Shown here one piece after another: positions 1 through 12,759 of a stretch of DNA of 64,000 nucleotides (the first letter of the stretch is position 1; each line of letters starts with the position of its first letter). Both the position numbers and the translations under genes were made by a program. The notes below the pieces were generated by a model, which had not been told where the DNA came from, made no database searches, and saw only the letters and a program-made list of their open reading frames with translations. This DNA is from Camelus dromedarius (Eukaryota): contig NC_087441.1 of NCBI RefSeq assembly GCF_036321535.1, positions 15,066,001 through 15,130,000 of the forward strand, in the 5' to 3' direction.

Positions 1-188
1 GACCACCAAAACTATTTGGGTGGAATTTCGGGGCACCCAGGGTCTTCCATTAGCAGGTAGGGGCAATGATTGACTACATTTAGATCACTACTATTACGGG
101 AACAGTATCTGTGTCCCCTGGTGAGGTCAATGCTAGACAGAGACAAAAGCAGTGACATTTTACACATCTTAAGCTAATTATAATGGGC

Positions 189-546
189 TGCTGTCAATAG
201 AAGTTTTGTGTCTCCTTAAAGTTCAGATGTTGAAGCCTAATCCCCAGTGTGATGATGTTTGAAGGTGGGAGATTTGGGAGGTAATTAGGACTTGGGGATG
301 GAGTCCTAATGCTGGAATTAATACCCATATAAGAAAAGATAGCAGAGAGATGGTGGCTCTCTTGGCCAGTGGGGACACAGCAAGAAGGTGGCTGTCTACA
401 AGCCAGGAAGCTGGCCTTCACCAGACACCAGCTCTTCTGGCACCTTGATTTTAGACTTCCCAGCCTCCAGACTGAGAAATAAGTTTCTGTTCAAGCCACC
501 CAATCTAGGGTATCTTGTTAGAGCAGCCCAAACTGACTAAGGTACA
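189..546 (+). mobile_element. MaLR solo LTR, MLT1A-like
   Basis: Resembles the recalled MLT1A consensus end to end (ggacacagcaagaagg; ttagacttcccagcctccagactgagaaataagtttctgttcaagccacccaatct; ends gactaaggtaca). Confidence 0.8.
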
Positions 547-877
547 GACACGGAAGTTATTTTAATTTATCACCCCCTGCTTATCAGAAATAATTGGGAA
601 ATTTCCTATCTATAGTTTCAAGACGTTGGTAAATTTTGTTCTTTATTGTAGGTACTTCATATTCCAAGAGCAATTTTTGTCTTTGCCTCATCTTCTAACC
701 AAAGGTCCAGTGCCTTTCTGAATTTATGATTTCAAACATTAATTTTCCCCACTCTGGGTTTGCCTTGTATAAATTAAGGATTCTAGGAATGATAAAACAT
801 GCAACAAAATAAAATCTTAAGAGGATACAGGAGTTTCACAAATGAAAAGACATAAAAATATTGCAATCTGATGCTGG

Positions 878-1007
878 TTAGAGACCATAAACTTTCAGTT
901 GTGAGATGAATTAAGTTCTGGAGATCTAATGTACAGCATGGTGAATGTAATTACAGTGATGGAACATGTACTTGAAACCTGCTAAGTAAGTAGATCTCAG
1001 GTGCTCT

Positions 1008-1058
<51 letters not shown>

Positions 1059-1200
1059 GTAACTATATGAGGAGATGAATCTGTTAATTAGCTTGGGGTA
1101 ATCATTTCACAACATATATGTATATCAAAACATCATATTGTAAACCTTAAATATACACAATTTTTATTTGTCATTCACACCTCAATAAAGCTAAAAGAAA
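878..1200 (+). mobile_element. LINE-1 3' end (L1MA9/10-like)
   Basis: aagttctggagatctaatgtacagcatggtga ... aatcatttcacaa ... acctcaataaagct plus an A-rich tail. Confidence 0.75.
1011..1056. repeat. (CA)23 microsatellite inside the L1 3' end
   Basis: Perfect CA run read directly. Confidence 0.97.
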
Positions 1201-1239
1201 CAACCAAAAAGAAATTACATATGTGCAAAGTTTTATATC

Positions 1240-1400
1240 CCATCTTAGTTGCATTAATATAAGAATAGAGATAATATAAATACTAATAGAGGAGTATTTA
1301 GCTAAATTATGATACATACAATGAAAATCCATACAATGAAAATCAGTGCAGCCATTAAAAAGATTTGAGGAAGTTCTTTATAAACTGACCTGATAAAACC
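1240..1400 (+). mobile_element. Old L1M 3' fragment
   Basis: taaattatgatacatacaatg...gcagccattaaaaag resembles the L1ME/MC 3' region. Confidence 0.4.
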
Positions 1401-2217
1401 TCCTGCTGGGTAAGAAAAAATGTTGCAACCTGGATGGGACAGGGGATTGGAGGGGCGTGCGGATAAGCAGAAAAACATTATGAAAGTATTTCAGTAAATC
1501 ATTGGGTAAGCAGACAGAGCCGAAGGTTAAACCACTGGCTCCTCTTGTTGGCCTGTGGCTTGGGTAGTATCATCCCCAGCCAGCCCAATGTCACGTTTCT
1601 GCGGCCAGCCCAGAGCTGCTAATACCAGTCTTCACTGAGTAAATTTGTTAAGTCCAGGATTAAGAGATTAATGTAATATTGATGTCATTATGTAAGGTAT
1701 GTACTTGTGGGGATCATATGAATGTAACAAGTTTTGTCATTATTATGCTACTTTGAATCTGCTTTATCTGATTTTAAGATATGTGAGATTAGAATGACTG
1801 GTTTACTACATTTTAGAGTTTATTAGAGTCACAATAGTTGATCAAATGTTAAGAAAGAATGTACTTATTAAATTTGTTAAATTTACTTGACAGGCATCTG
1901 CAAGAGGTATTAATTATAGATGTGCTAAATATGTAATTGTAGTATAAATGTCTAAGTAAATTTTAGTAATTTAAGAGAGGAGAAATTAGTCATTTAATTT
2001 ATGAGTTAATTTAAACATTAATCAAGAACTTGAAAATGACTTTTCTTATTTTTGGACAATTGCTATACTTTTAAAAAAAAAGAAATAAGATGTGCAAGCT
2101 GAATTTCAACATTTATAAAAACTGAGTTTCTTAATGTATAGCTTTAATAAATTCAATACTAATTTTAAGCTCTGCCTTTCTTTCTGGACACAGAAATTCT
2201 CTTTTAAAAACTCCATT

Positions 2218-2382
2218 GGGAGAGGAGGGTATAGCTTAGTGGTTTAGAGCACATGCTTAGCATTCAGGAGGTCCTGGGTTCAGTCCCCAGTACCTCCATT
2301 AAAATAACTAACTAAATAAACCTAATTGCCTACCCCCCCCCCCAAAAAAAAACAAAATAAAAAAATAAATTAAAAAAAAAAA
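2218..2382 (+). mobile_element. Vic-1-type camelid tRNA-derived SINE
   Basis: tRNA-like head with A box (gggtatagcttagtgg) and B box (gggttcagtcccc), then aaataaacctaattgcctaccc, a C-run and an A-rich tail. Near-perfect TSD: aaaaactccatt (2206-2217) and aaaaagctccatt (to 2390). Confidence 0.9.
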
Positions 2383-3029
2383 GCTCCATTGATCATTCCC
2401 ATTATGTTCTCAGAGAAACAGAAACTTAAGTGCTTGAGATGGAAAAAGCTCAGAGAAAACCTTAAGTTAGTTGTTTTTGACTTTAAAAATCCCTCTCTAG
2501 TCTTCAGGTTAGCATAGCTTCAATCTTTGTAATCTTGACACTGAAGAATGATTGACAATGACATTTGCTCCTTTCCTTCTTGGGGACAACCACTGGAGGG
2601 TAGGCAGAAGCATGAGATTTAACTTCCCCCACCTGGCTTCCTAGAGGAATTAACTGTATAAACAACTCGATTCCTTTCCTAACTTCTTTATATCCTTTAT
2701 TGGCTTTCTGACCTCATTCTTCTCCTGCAGCTATTCCCCAAAAGTCATTATTTCACTTACAGAATTAGTCATGGTTCAAAGAAAGGGATCCAGAAGAGAA
2801 TTCAGGTATACCAGAGGTCTGCATTAAGGACGCATGCAGTGGGGGATGTGTTATGTATCTGTAGTTCCTAAATGGGTCTTGCTTTTCCTTGTCTCTATGA
2901 CTGCAATGCCTTTTCTTCTCTTTGTCTAACTTGCCCCTCAGTTTTCAAAATCTCATGTTTTCCTGACTGCTCAAATACATTTTTCAGGGACTGACTTTTT
3001 ATCCCTCTGCATTACTGAGACTCAGTTGT

Positions 3030-5950
3030 GCTGCTGTCTATGGCTATTTGGTAGTTCATGCTATGACTATATCACATTCGACTTACTCATTCCACTGTTG
3101 GTGGAAATTCAGGTTGCTTTCAGTCTTTTAATTTAGTACAAATAATGCTGTTGTAAATAATTGTATACTCATCTTTGGTGTACATGTGCAAGAATTTTGC
3201 TAGTGAATATAAGCGGGTAGGAGTGGAATTGGGGCCTGGCTCTATAGGTGATGCACTGATTACCATTTTGGCTGTGAGACATCCTCTTGTTCCATGTCTT
3301 TGTGCACACTTGATATTGGCTAGATTTTTAATATTTGGGTCTGAAATTATCTCATTAGGGTTTTAATTTGCATTTCTTTGATTACAAATGAGTTGAGCAT
3401 CTTTGAGCGTTTGTTAATATTTGGTTTCCTTCCTTTGTGAAATGTGTATTCTTTTTTTGGCCTATTTTTCATTGGGTTGTTCATTATTTTTAATAAAGCT
3501 TAGCACATAGAAAGATGTATAAATATACATACATTTTTGAATATATAAAGAATTATATTCATATATCATAGGAGTTCTTTATACATTCATGATCCTAACC
3601 CTGTGTCAGTTTTGTGTGTGTCAAATATCTTTCCCAGTTGATGACATGTATTTTTCCGTCTCTTTATGGTGTCTTTTAATGAATAGAAATTATTTTATTT
3701 TAATTTATTTTGTCAGTATTTTCCTGTATGATTTTCATCCTTTGAGTTGTATTTAAGGATGGCTTGACCTTAAGTCAGGTGATAAAGATGTTCTACATCT
3801 TCTTCTAAAAGTTTTTTTTGTAAAAAAACCTTTTTATTCTGTTATGTTTTTACTTCCATTTCCTTTTGCATTCCCTCTCTCTTGAAACATTTAAAAGTAA
3901 GGTAAATAAATCATGATCCTTTGCCCCAAATACTTCAGTGTATATTTTCTAAAAATAGGGATAGTCTTTTAAGAATTTAAAAATTTTGCTTTCCCCATTT
4001 AAATCCTTGATCCCTCAGAAATTAATTTTTGATTGTGTTATGAGGTAGACATCCAATACAGTTTTTTATAGAGATAACTAATAATCCCATACTATCTGAG
4101 AAGAGTCCAAGCTTTACTCTGTAATGACACTTCCAGCAAATACCAAGTTTTTACACATGTGTTGCTCTGGACTGATTAGTTTGTCCCATTGGTCTGTTTG
4201 TTCATCCTATTAATATAGACCACACTATCTTAGCTTAGTAGTGAGCTTTGCTGTCAGGCTGAAAAAGTCCCCCTACCTTCTTTATCTTCTTCAAGAGTGT
4301 TTTGACTACCATAAGCTCTTTGACCTTTCATGTAAATATAGTTCATTTGTCAACTTCCAAGAAAAATCATTTGGGGATTTTTATTGCAATTTCATTAAAC
4401 CTATAAATCAGTTTTGTAATAACTGACATCCTTGCAAAACTGAACCTTCTGATCTATGAAGTTAGTAATGTCTCTCCATTTATTTAGATATTTTAAAATG
4501 TCTTTTAATACACATTTACAGATCTTTGCTTGCAGAAAGATATTGCATGTATTTTTAGATTTATTACTAATTGATATTGTATAGTTTTCTTGATATTATA
4601 AATGGTATCTTTTTAAAATTTAAACTCTAAATGTTTGTTATTGGTATAGAGAGTACAATTGACTTTTACAAATTCATCTAGTAATCTTGCTGGAAGCTCT
4701 AATGTTAATGATTTATAGATTTTTTTCAGGTTTTCTATGTAGACGATCATATGATTTCCAATTCTTATATATATATATTTTTTCTTGCTTATCTAGGTTG
4801 GCTGCAACTGCTGGAACAATGATGAACAGAAGTGAGAATGGATGTCCTTGAATTGTTCCTGATTTCAAAGGAAGTAGTCTTTAACATCTCAACGTTAAAT
4901 AAAAGTTACTGGAATTTTCTATGGGCACCTTTGTTCAAATTAAGGAAATTGTGTTTTATTCTTAGTCTGCTGCATATTGAATTTCACTAAATGCTTTTTC
5001 TGAATTTATTGAGATGATCGCATATTCTCCTCACTTTAATCTGCTATGTCAATTATATTGGTAGATTTTCTGGGTTTGAACTAGACTTGCATTCCTAAAA
5101 TAAACCAACTTGATTATAATGTGATAGACATTATACTGAATTCAGTTTACCAATATTTTTTTCAGAATTTTTGCTTCTATTTTCGTGTATGAATTTTTTT
5201 TCCCCTGGTTTTAAAAAAAGAATTATACTAAATTTTTGAAATAAGTTGAGGTAGTATTTCCTCTTTTTCTGCTTTCTGAAAGAGTTTGGTAAGAGTGAAA
5301 GTATCTGTTCCTGAATTTTGGGAGAACTCACCTGTAAAGCCTTGAAGTTTTATTGTGGGAAGATTTTAAACTGTTGATGTAATTTCGTTTGTAGTTATCA
5401 AATCATTCAGATATTCTATTACTGCTTGAGTCATTTTTGATAATTTATATTTTTCTAGGAATTTGTCCATTTTGTCCAACTTTTCATTTTATTTTTGTAA
5501 CTTGTTCATAGGATTCTTTTTTATCTTGGTAATCTCTGCTACATCTGTGGTTTGGTTCTTTTCTTTTCTTAGTCTTAATTTTGTTTGTTAATATTTCTAT
5601 CTTTTTTCTTGATCAGTTTTGCTAGACGTTTATCCATTTATTTGTGTTTTTAACGATCAAGCTTTTGGCATCTTGATCTATTTTATTGTTTTTATTTTTC
5701 CTATTTCATTAATTTCTACTCTGATCTTTATTATTTCCTTTTTCCTGTTCTTTTTGGATGGATTCTGTTGTGTTTTTCATAGTTAACTTCATAAAGCAAA
5801 TGCTTAGTTAAGTAATTTTCAATTTTTCTTTTTTAACATAAGCAATATAACAGTCATATAAGTTTGTGAGGTAAGTTTCCTTCTCTGTATTGTTTTTTTC
5901 CCCTCTACTAGTTTGGAAGTTATACACTGTATTTCTAGTCTTTCAGTGGC
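3030..5950 (-). mobile_element. Old, degraded LINE-1 (L1M; 3' region plus ORF2 remnant)
   Basis: T-rich antisense L1 signatures (tttgcattttctttgattacaaatgagttgagcatc; tttgtgaaatgtgtattc; gtccttgaattgttcctgatttcaaagg; gaactcacctgtaaagcc). Confidence 0.75.
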
Positions 5951-7904
5951 TCTACTAGAAATTTTATCATATATATCTAACTAACAACTCTAATGTTAAT
6001 ATTTTTACATTTTTTAATCATCCAAGTATGTCCAGATGTCTCACCTACAATTACCTCTCAATCAATTTCCATACTATTACTGTCAGATATTTACTTCTGT
6101 TTTGATTTTCGAGTCCCCATAAATAAGACATAATTGTCTCTCAGTGACTCCCTGATAGTAAAATCATCACCACTTTGGGTCCCAAGTTAATTCTTTCGAG
6201 TCCTAAGATAGTCCACTGACTTATACAGGCTTTCATATCCCTAAAGAGTGCGGACTTTCAGCCCAGGCCTGACTGCAAGGATACCACAACCATTTAGAAA
6301 ATCAAGTTCATGAAATGATTGCTATTTCTGAGAACTGTTTACCTCAGACGAATTTCCCCTTGTTGGAGATGATTAAACAAGGGCTGCTCCCTCACCCTTT
6401 TCCTGTTTTCATACCTGACACATGCTGTGTTTTCTTTCTAATGAAACAACTCTAGGGGAATTTTCTAGGGCCGTTGAAAACCTGCTTTTAAAAATAAAAT
6501 TAATTAAACATCTCCTCTTTTACTGGGATTCCACTAATTTCCCTAAGTTCTCCTTTCCTTTCCCTGCGGCTGAAGTCTTGAATCCTTGTTGGCAAGTAAA
6601 GTATTTGGGTAAGGCATGGGCTATTTGATACTGAAAACAAGAGCCTCAGTCAACAGTGGGAATGTGGGCTTCACTTGTCAGAGTGCATTCCATGTCCTTC
6701 CTGAAGTAAACATTTCAGAAAAAACCCTTTAAGACTCTAATTGGGCCAGCACAGCACAAAAGGGGCCAAGTAAAAGCTGGAGTTAAAGGAGAATTACGGC
6801 TATTCTCTCTTAAAAGAAATCTGTATTTCTGAAATGGGTGCTGAAGGGTGACAGCAATTTAATTCTCTGTCTTTATATTCCTGCTGTAAGTGAAGGACCA
6901 CTTGATTTCAGACTCGGGGTGGACTTGACCGCTGGTTGTCCCACTCTTAAACCCGTGGCCTGACTCAAATGGCTCTTTCCATGTTTCCACAGTAAACTGC
7001 ATTAGGCTCTTTTGGATTTGGGTTTATCCCCAAGTTCACTGCCTGCCAAATTCATAAAAGGGATGGCAGGGCAGGGGGAAGCCATTCTGTGACCGGAAGA
7101 GAAGATACATAATACCACTGGGCTCTGACATTGGGAGGCCACTGCCTGGCTCCAGCATGGGGCAGCCAGTCTCCCCTGCAGGAGTGCCAGGAGGCAGAGA
7201 ACAGGACTCTGGAAGATGCATCTGCATCGTGAAGCCACAAAGCCACAGGGATAACCTCTGATGAGAAGGAGAAAATTGAATGAGAAAGTTAACAGGTGGG
7301 TAAGGAATTCTGTTTGCAAAATCTGCACTCAAAATGAGTTTTTTGGTTTTTTTCAAATCTATAAAGTGAGCTTTTTTAAGATAAAAAGCCACCTCTTTCT
7401 TCAATAATGGGGACATTTCTTCCATAAATGTGCAATAGGAGGGGATTATTTTTCCTTCCCCTTGAGAGTTCATTGCTTATCATATCTCCGAATCTCAACC
7501 TCTGAACATTAGCATGGAGCTTTGCTGCATCACCTAGTGTTTTAAGTTTTACTTTTCACTTCTTGAATGGGACTTGCTTTATCCACCCTTCTGGCTGTGG
7601 TGTCTGTCAGGTGGAGGTTTGGGGCATACCGTTTGTAAACCTTTCCAACAGCCTTTTAGATCTCACCTTTTCTGAAGACTGAGGGCCACTGTATTTAACA
7701 CATTTTTCTTTCTATGTCTCAAATAGAAAATTTACGTTTAATATCCAAGTGAATATAAGCTATTCTTTTTGAGAGTAGATATTTTTGCTTTCTTCATAAT
7801 AATCAGTCAAAATGTTTAAGTGTTCATGAGAATATAAACTTTATAATTTTACACTTAGACATGTATAAGTATGTGCTTTATTTTAAATTTTATTAATATT
7901 TGTC

Positions 7905-8110
7905 CAGAGCAGACTCCGTGCCAGGCATTGTTGTGTTTTACATGCATTAACTTATTGATCCTCACAATAGCCCCATGAACATGAACTGCCATTATTTTTT
8001 CCATTTTACATGTGAGGAAACCCAGGAACAGAGAGTTTAAATGACTTGCCCCAAATCAGACCGCTCGTTAATGCTGGATGCAGACTTCGCACCAGGCAGT
8101 TGGCCTGAGC
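7905..8110 (-). mobile_element. MIR SINE
   Basis: atcctcacaatagcccc...ccattttacatgtgaggaaacccagg...tgacttgcccc is the reverse-complement MIR core. Confidence 0.75.
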
Positions 8111-8249
8111 TGGCCACTCACACCACGCTCCACTGTGACACCTCTGTGGCCAGATGTGCTCTGTATTTAACCTGTTTCCTAGGCTCAGAGGCATGTGTGG
8201 AAGGTGCATTAACTTCTAAAAACCACTAGGACCTTACACTAAGTCAAGT

Positions 8250-8556
8250 GGGCCAGGCACATACTGTACGATTCCACTTACATGAGAATCCTGGCGGATC
8301 AAATTCACAGAGGCAGAAATTAGAAGGAGCACGAGGGAAGGAGGGGTTGTCGTTTAATGGGTACAGAGCTTCAGTTTTGCAAGATGAAAGGAGTTCTAAA
8401 GCTGGACGGTGGTGATGTTCGCACAACAATGTGAATGTACTTAATGCCATTGCACTGTGCTCTTAAAAATAGTTAAAATGTTCAATTTTATGTTATGTAT
8501 ATTTTACCACAATAAATAAAAGCAAAATAACACAACAACAACAACAACAACAACAA
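8250..8556 (+). mobile_element. LINE-1 3' end (L1MB-like) with (CAA)n tail
   Basis: tttaatgggtacagagcttcagttttgcaagatgaaag...cacaacaatgtgaatgtacttaatgcca...ttttaccacaataaa, followed by (caa)n at ~8531-8556. Confidence 0.8.
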
Positions 8557-9124
8557 ACAAAGCCTTACTAGGAGTCTCTTGAATAGACCTGTGATTTACT
8601 GAACACAGAGTACTCGCTTGTTACTAGGAGCTGCTGGGTAACAAAAACATTGTGTTCAACTGCTTTGAACCCTTCAGAAGTTGGGGATCAACCTGAGACA
8701 TAACTTGGAAAAGTCTGTGTGGGTCCGAGTCTGTCATATACATTTCACCTCTGCGTTTCAAGACAGTGCTGTCTATCAGTGGGAAAGAGGGATTAGAGCG
8801 ATGTCTGGCCCAACAGAGGACCATGGCAGTGCCTGCTCCCTCCCTGCACAGGGGGAGGATGGATGGTCTGCCCTTGGGGGTCCCCCAGGCTCTGCTCTGA
8901 GAGCCTCGTTCAGTGCTCCAGCCCCTTTGATGCTTCTCCTTCTGAGTGATGTTCTCTGGTCCTGTGTGTGCCGCAGCTCAGCTATCTTCCTGGCCACGTT
9001 GGCCAGCCCTGCTGGGGATAAGCCTACCTTCTCATCAGGGGAAAAGCCGCTGGCATCCAATGTCCTTCCTCCTATGTCCATAACCTGAGCCAAGAGGATG
9101 CATTCTTGAACGTTTTGCCTCTCT

Positions 9125-9290
9125 TACAATAATAGAGTGCTGAGCAGGGTTTTATCAGGCACCATGGGGCGCACATGAGCACACTTAATCTTCACAGCAA
9201 CCCCGCTGGCTCAGTGTCAATACCCCCGATTAACATTAGGAAGCTTGCTCCCATTTCTCAGAGGAAAATAGGCCCCCAAATACACCCTCT
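9125..9290 (-). mobile_element. MIR fragment
   Basis: ttaatcttcacagcaacccc...cccatttctcagaggaaaat; diverged. Confidence 0.45.
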
Positions 9291-9419
9291 CATAGAGTTC
9301 TGTACGTTTGATTCAACACTTTTCACGGAGCATAGTTACAGATTTCTACGATTTGTTGTACTGTCTAGCTCCCCTGCTAGGCAGGAAGCTCCACCCTTGT
9401 TTTGTTCTTAAAAGTCACT

Positions 9420-9490
9420 TTAGCAAAGAAGCACAGTGCTAGGTATGTATTAGGCATTATGCAAACATTTTAGAATGAACAAATGAGTTA
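9420..9490 (+). mobile_element. L2 3' end fragment
   Basis: gcacagtgctaggtatgtattaggcatt...gaatgaacaaatga. Confidence 0.4.
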
Positions 9491-9595
9491 TATAACTTGT
9501 CTAAGGTCACATTGCTAATGAGCAACAAGTCAAAGAACAGGATCCAAATAAAACCCTACAACACATCTCTTCGTTGTGCTCTGTGTGTTTAAAGT

Positions 9596-9614
9596 TATAT
9601 ATGCACGCGCGCAC

Positions 9615-9649
<35 letters not shown>
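9596..9649. repeat. Alternating purine-pyrimidine tract with (CA)n microsatellite
   Basis: tatatatgcacgcgcgcacacacgcacaca...cacg; 54 bp of unbroken R/Y alternation. Confidence 0.95.
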
Positions 9650-9651
<2 letters not shown>

Positions 9652-10000
9652 ATTTTAAAAAATAGGGCACAAAAAAGAGAAAAGGATGAGAAAAGAAAGA
9701 CCTGCGTTCCCCTAAGAGGGAGGGGGAGGCCCACAGGGAAAGAGCTTGAATCCTTCACTGACCATCATCCTTCACTGATGGGCAGGTGATGTCACGGAGG
9801 ACAGTGCCAGGGCCTGGCTACCGGCCAGGGCAGCAGAGGCCCTCGGGGCTGGCAGCCCTCCCTCCCAAGGCAGGACTCTGTCCAGCATCCAGGGGAGCTA
9901 CTGGCTGATATCAGAGTCCATCAAGTGCCCACTGCATGGAGCTCCTCCTTCCACCCTGACTAGCCCCATCACTGTCACTGATTCACCCCGACGCCCTTTC

Positions 10001-10264
10001 CACACTCCTATGCTCACACACCTGCCCATACATTCATACTCACACATTTACACATACACCAGACCCATGACACTCACACACACTCACATATCTAGCATGT
10101 GCACACATACACACACAGAAGTAGACATACATACACCCACCACACACATCCACAGACACACACAGAGACTCACACATACATGTCTTCTCTCCCACATAAC
10201 CTCCTACTCACACCTAGGCACTCACACGCACACACACGCAGTCACACACGCTTATACATGTGTG
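10001..10264. repeat. Degenerate CA/CACAT-rich low-complexity tract
   Basis: ~260 bp of imperfect cacac/catac repeats; gives the His/Thr-rich spurious ORFs 10010-10306 and 10099-10296. Confidence 0.9.
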
Positions 10265-10279
10265 CATCTGAAAAGATTA

Positions 10280-10900
10280 CTTATTGTGTTTTCTGAGGCT
10301 CCCTAGTTCCCTTGGAATTAGGTTCAAACTCCTTGGCTTGGCATTTGGGGTCTGCCATGTGGAATCTCAACATATCTTTCCAGATCTTTTTTTCCCCACA
10401 CCTCTCTGTGTATATCCTCCATTAGGAGTCTTTTGGATGACAGCCTGGACCACACTGGCCATCATGGAGGCTGTGAGGTGGAGGCCTGACCTGATACTGG
10501 GACCTCTCTTTCCTGATCTCCACCATCCAGACCTCTATCACTGGTACATCCGTGAGGACTGTCTGAAGAACAAGATCCTGTGAGGACCCTTCCCACCTTT
10601 GCTCAGCCTTTTTTACCTGCCCTTATGCTTCCCGACCCTACTGAAATCAGACCCTTCTTCAAACACAGATGAAGGCACTGTTCTGTGTATCTGTCTCCGG
10701 GCCCTTCATCCAGGAGGGAACCCTTCCCAGCCCCAGGTCTCTGTGTCCCTCCCTCACACCACACACCAGCCTTGCATTAAAGTTACTTGACTTAACTTGC
10801 CTCAGTAAGTCTTCAGTCCTTGGGAACAGGCTGGTTAGTGTTGGATTTGTCTGTGTCATTTCAGAGTTTGGCAGGATACCTTGTACAAATCAGGTGCCTT
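10280..10900 (+). mobile_element. Fragmented L2 LINE
   Basis: ggttcaaactccttggcttggcatttggggtctgccatg at the start and an L2 3'-end-like ttgtacaaatcaggtgccttaaaaactc at the end; non-L2 sequence at ~10410-10590. Confidence 0.5.
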
Positions 10901-12759
10901 AAAAACTCATTTACTTCTCTAAGATGTAAAGGGCGATTACACTTTTTTCGGTCAGCAAATTCATCCATTGTTATTTAGCTCAATTTATAACATTGTGTGT
11001 TGAAATGTATTGAAGGCAACTATTTAAGTGTAAGCATTTTCTGATAAGGATCAAACCTAGGTTAATAGCTACTTCCTGCATTGGTGGATGTGAGGAGCTC
11101 TGCCAAGGGGCTGGTCCCAAGGGAATGAGATCCTCTGGAGACCAGATGTGCAAGGGAGTCAGGGAAGGGCCAGCTCATGGGATCATAGCTCTTGGTGGGA
11201 AGCAGGAAGAGGCAGCTAGGTCACAAGATAAAAGTCAGAAAGTTCTAGAAGAAGGGATGCACAGAAAAGAGGGAACAGAAAGAAAGATGTAAGAGTTTAA
11301 AAGACCACTCCCCTTAATTAAACACTTTGCCTTGGCTTGGCTTGGCTTGTCAAGCCAAAGGGTCAAGATTAAATTAAGAGTTTTATACAAAAGGATTCCC
11401 ACTGCTCTCCATGTATTTACTGGAGCACAAATTTTCTCATTTGAAGAGTTCAGTGACTGTGGCTTCTTGTCTATTATTATTAAAATGAGGCTCCCATAAG
11501 GATAGCATATCAACTTTAGAAATGCTACCATGGGTTATGAGCTCTTCAGAGGGAAATGTCTATTCAAGGGAAAAAATATTATTATTGCTACTTTATTACT
11601 TTCAAATTCAGCCGAAGATTTGCACTGGGGCCACTGGGGCATCTTACATGTGTTGCTTTGATCTCTACATTATTTATTTCCATATCAGCATGAGTGTTTT
11701 TCCCCGGGAATCTCTAGTTTCTGGCCCAAGGACTCTTTGGCAGTTCAGATGCTGTGTCAGAAAGCGGGGCTCTGGGACTTGCCATTTTTGTTCAACATGT
11801 AGATTTACCTTTGAAGGCTTAAAAACTATTCAAAGGGGGGTTGGGGAGGAAAAGAGTTATTTTTTTTCCTCCTACCTCTGAGTCCAATTACCTAATAAAG
11901 ATTCATCATTCCTTTTGTCCGAGGAGCTCTGTGACCTAATTTTGCTCCTTGCCTGGGTTCAGATATCACAACCCATTTTTATGCATTCAGCTTTCCTAAT
12001 GAAATCCACATGTCTTAAATCAATAAAGCCATTGTTTAGCTTCCATCTCTTTTCCTCTAGTGTCTTTTGCCTGGTCTATTTTGTTTGCATACTTTTATGG
12101 TAGGAAATAGGGCTCTTTATCTAGAAACTCTCCCTCTCCCCCTTTTTTGGGGGTCTTTTTCTTATCTTTCCTTTTAATGATTAGTGTTTTGTTGGTGTGC
12201 AGCAATTAAATGTGCAGGGCTTTCTTTAATGGGCTAGTCTAAAGGAAATCTTGTTTATGCAGGTTTTCTTTCTCATTAATTGTTTATTTTAGATAGGTTA
12301 AGAAAGTAACAATGGAAAACTGAACATCTTTGTTCAACATCTTTGTATACATGGAGGATGTGAAAGCTCCCTGTGTAAACTTCAGAACCTCAGCTTTTAT
12401 TGCCTGTCAGCATTCTCTCTTTTCCCCAGAACCCCCAGTCTGTCCCTTCTTTCATGCAAAAGCCAAGCAGTACTGAGGCTGTAGATCTTTTTACGTTCCT
12501 GGGGCCCCCAGTTCACGTCAAGACCCTCTTTAGTGGCTTTCTGCTCCTAATGAACTCCTACTGAACCCACGAATATTACCTGATGGATGGATAGTCAGGC
12601 TACTCTGGGAAGTAACATTTTACTTATCCAAAAATCTAAGGCTTTAAAATAAAGACCTACCTACAAGTCCCAGAGATGGTACTAAAGGATTTTTTTCCTC
12701 TTGAGACCCAGAGCTCTCTTTGAGTCTCTCCCTAAATTCTATGTAGTTCTCCATTAAAT

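Noticed and set aside
596-606. NF-kB-like sites GGGAAATTTCC (596-606) and GGGAATTTCC (22896-22905), tempting given proximity to TAB2
   Set aside because: About 8 GGGRNWYYCC matches are expected by chance in 64 kb on both strands; no clustering.
1640-2200. AT-rich stretch vaguely resembling a hAT transposon remnant
   Set aside because: No TIRs or recognisable transposase motif could be identified.
7002-7473. Overlapping minus-strand ORFs (108 and 145 aa)
   Set aside because: No recognisable domain, no supporting splice structure, and composition typical of chance ORFs.
8681-9093. Antiparallel ORFs of 135 and 105 aa
   Set aside because: GC-rich non-coding sequence readily gives ORFs of this size; no homology recognised.
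11331-11358. (CTTGG)3 plus an 8-bp inverted repeat resembling an NFI site
   Set aside because: TTGGC-GCCAA spacing is 7 nt, not 5, and the short palindrome is chance-level.
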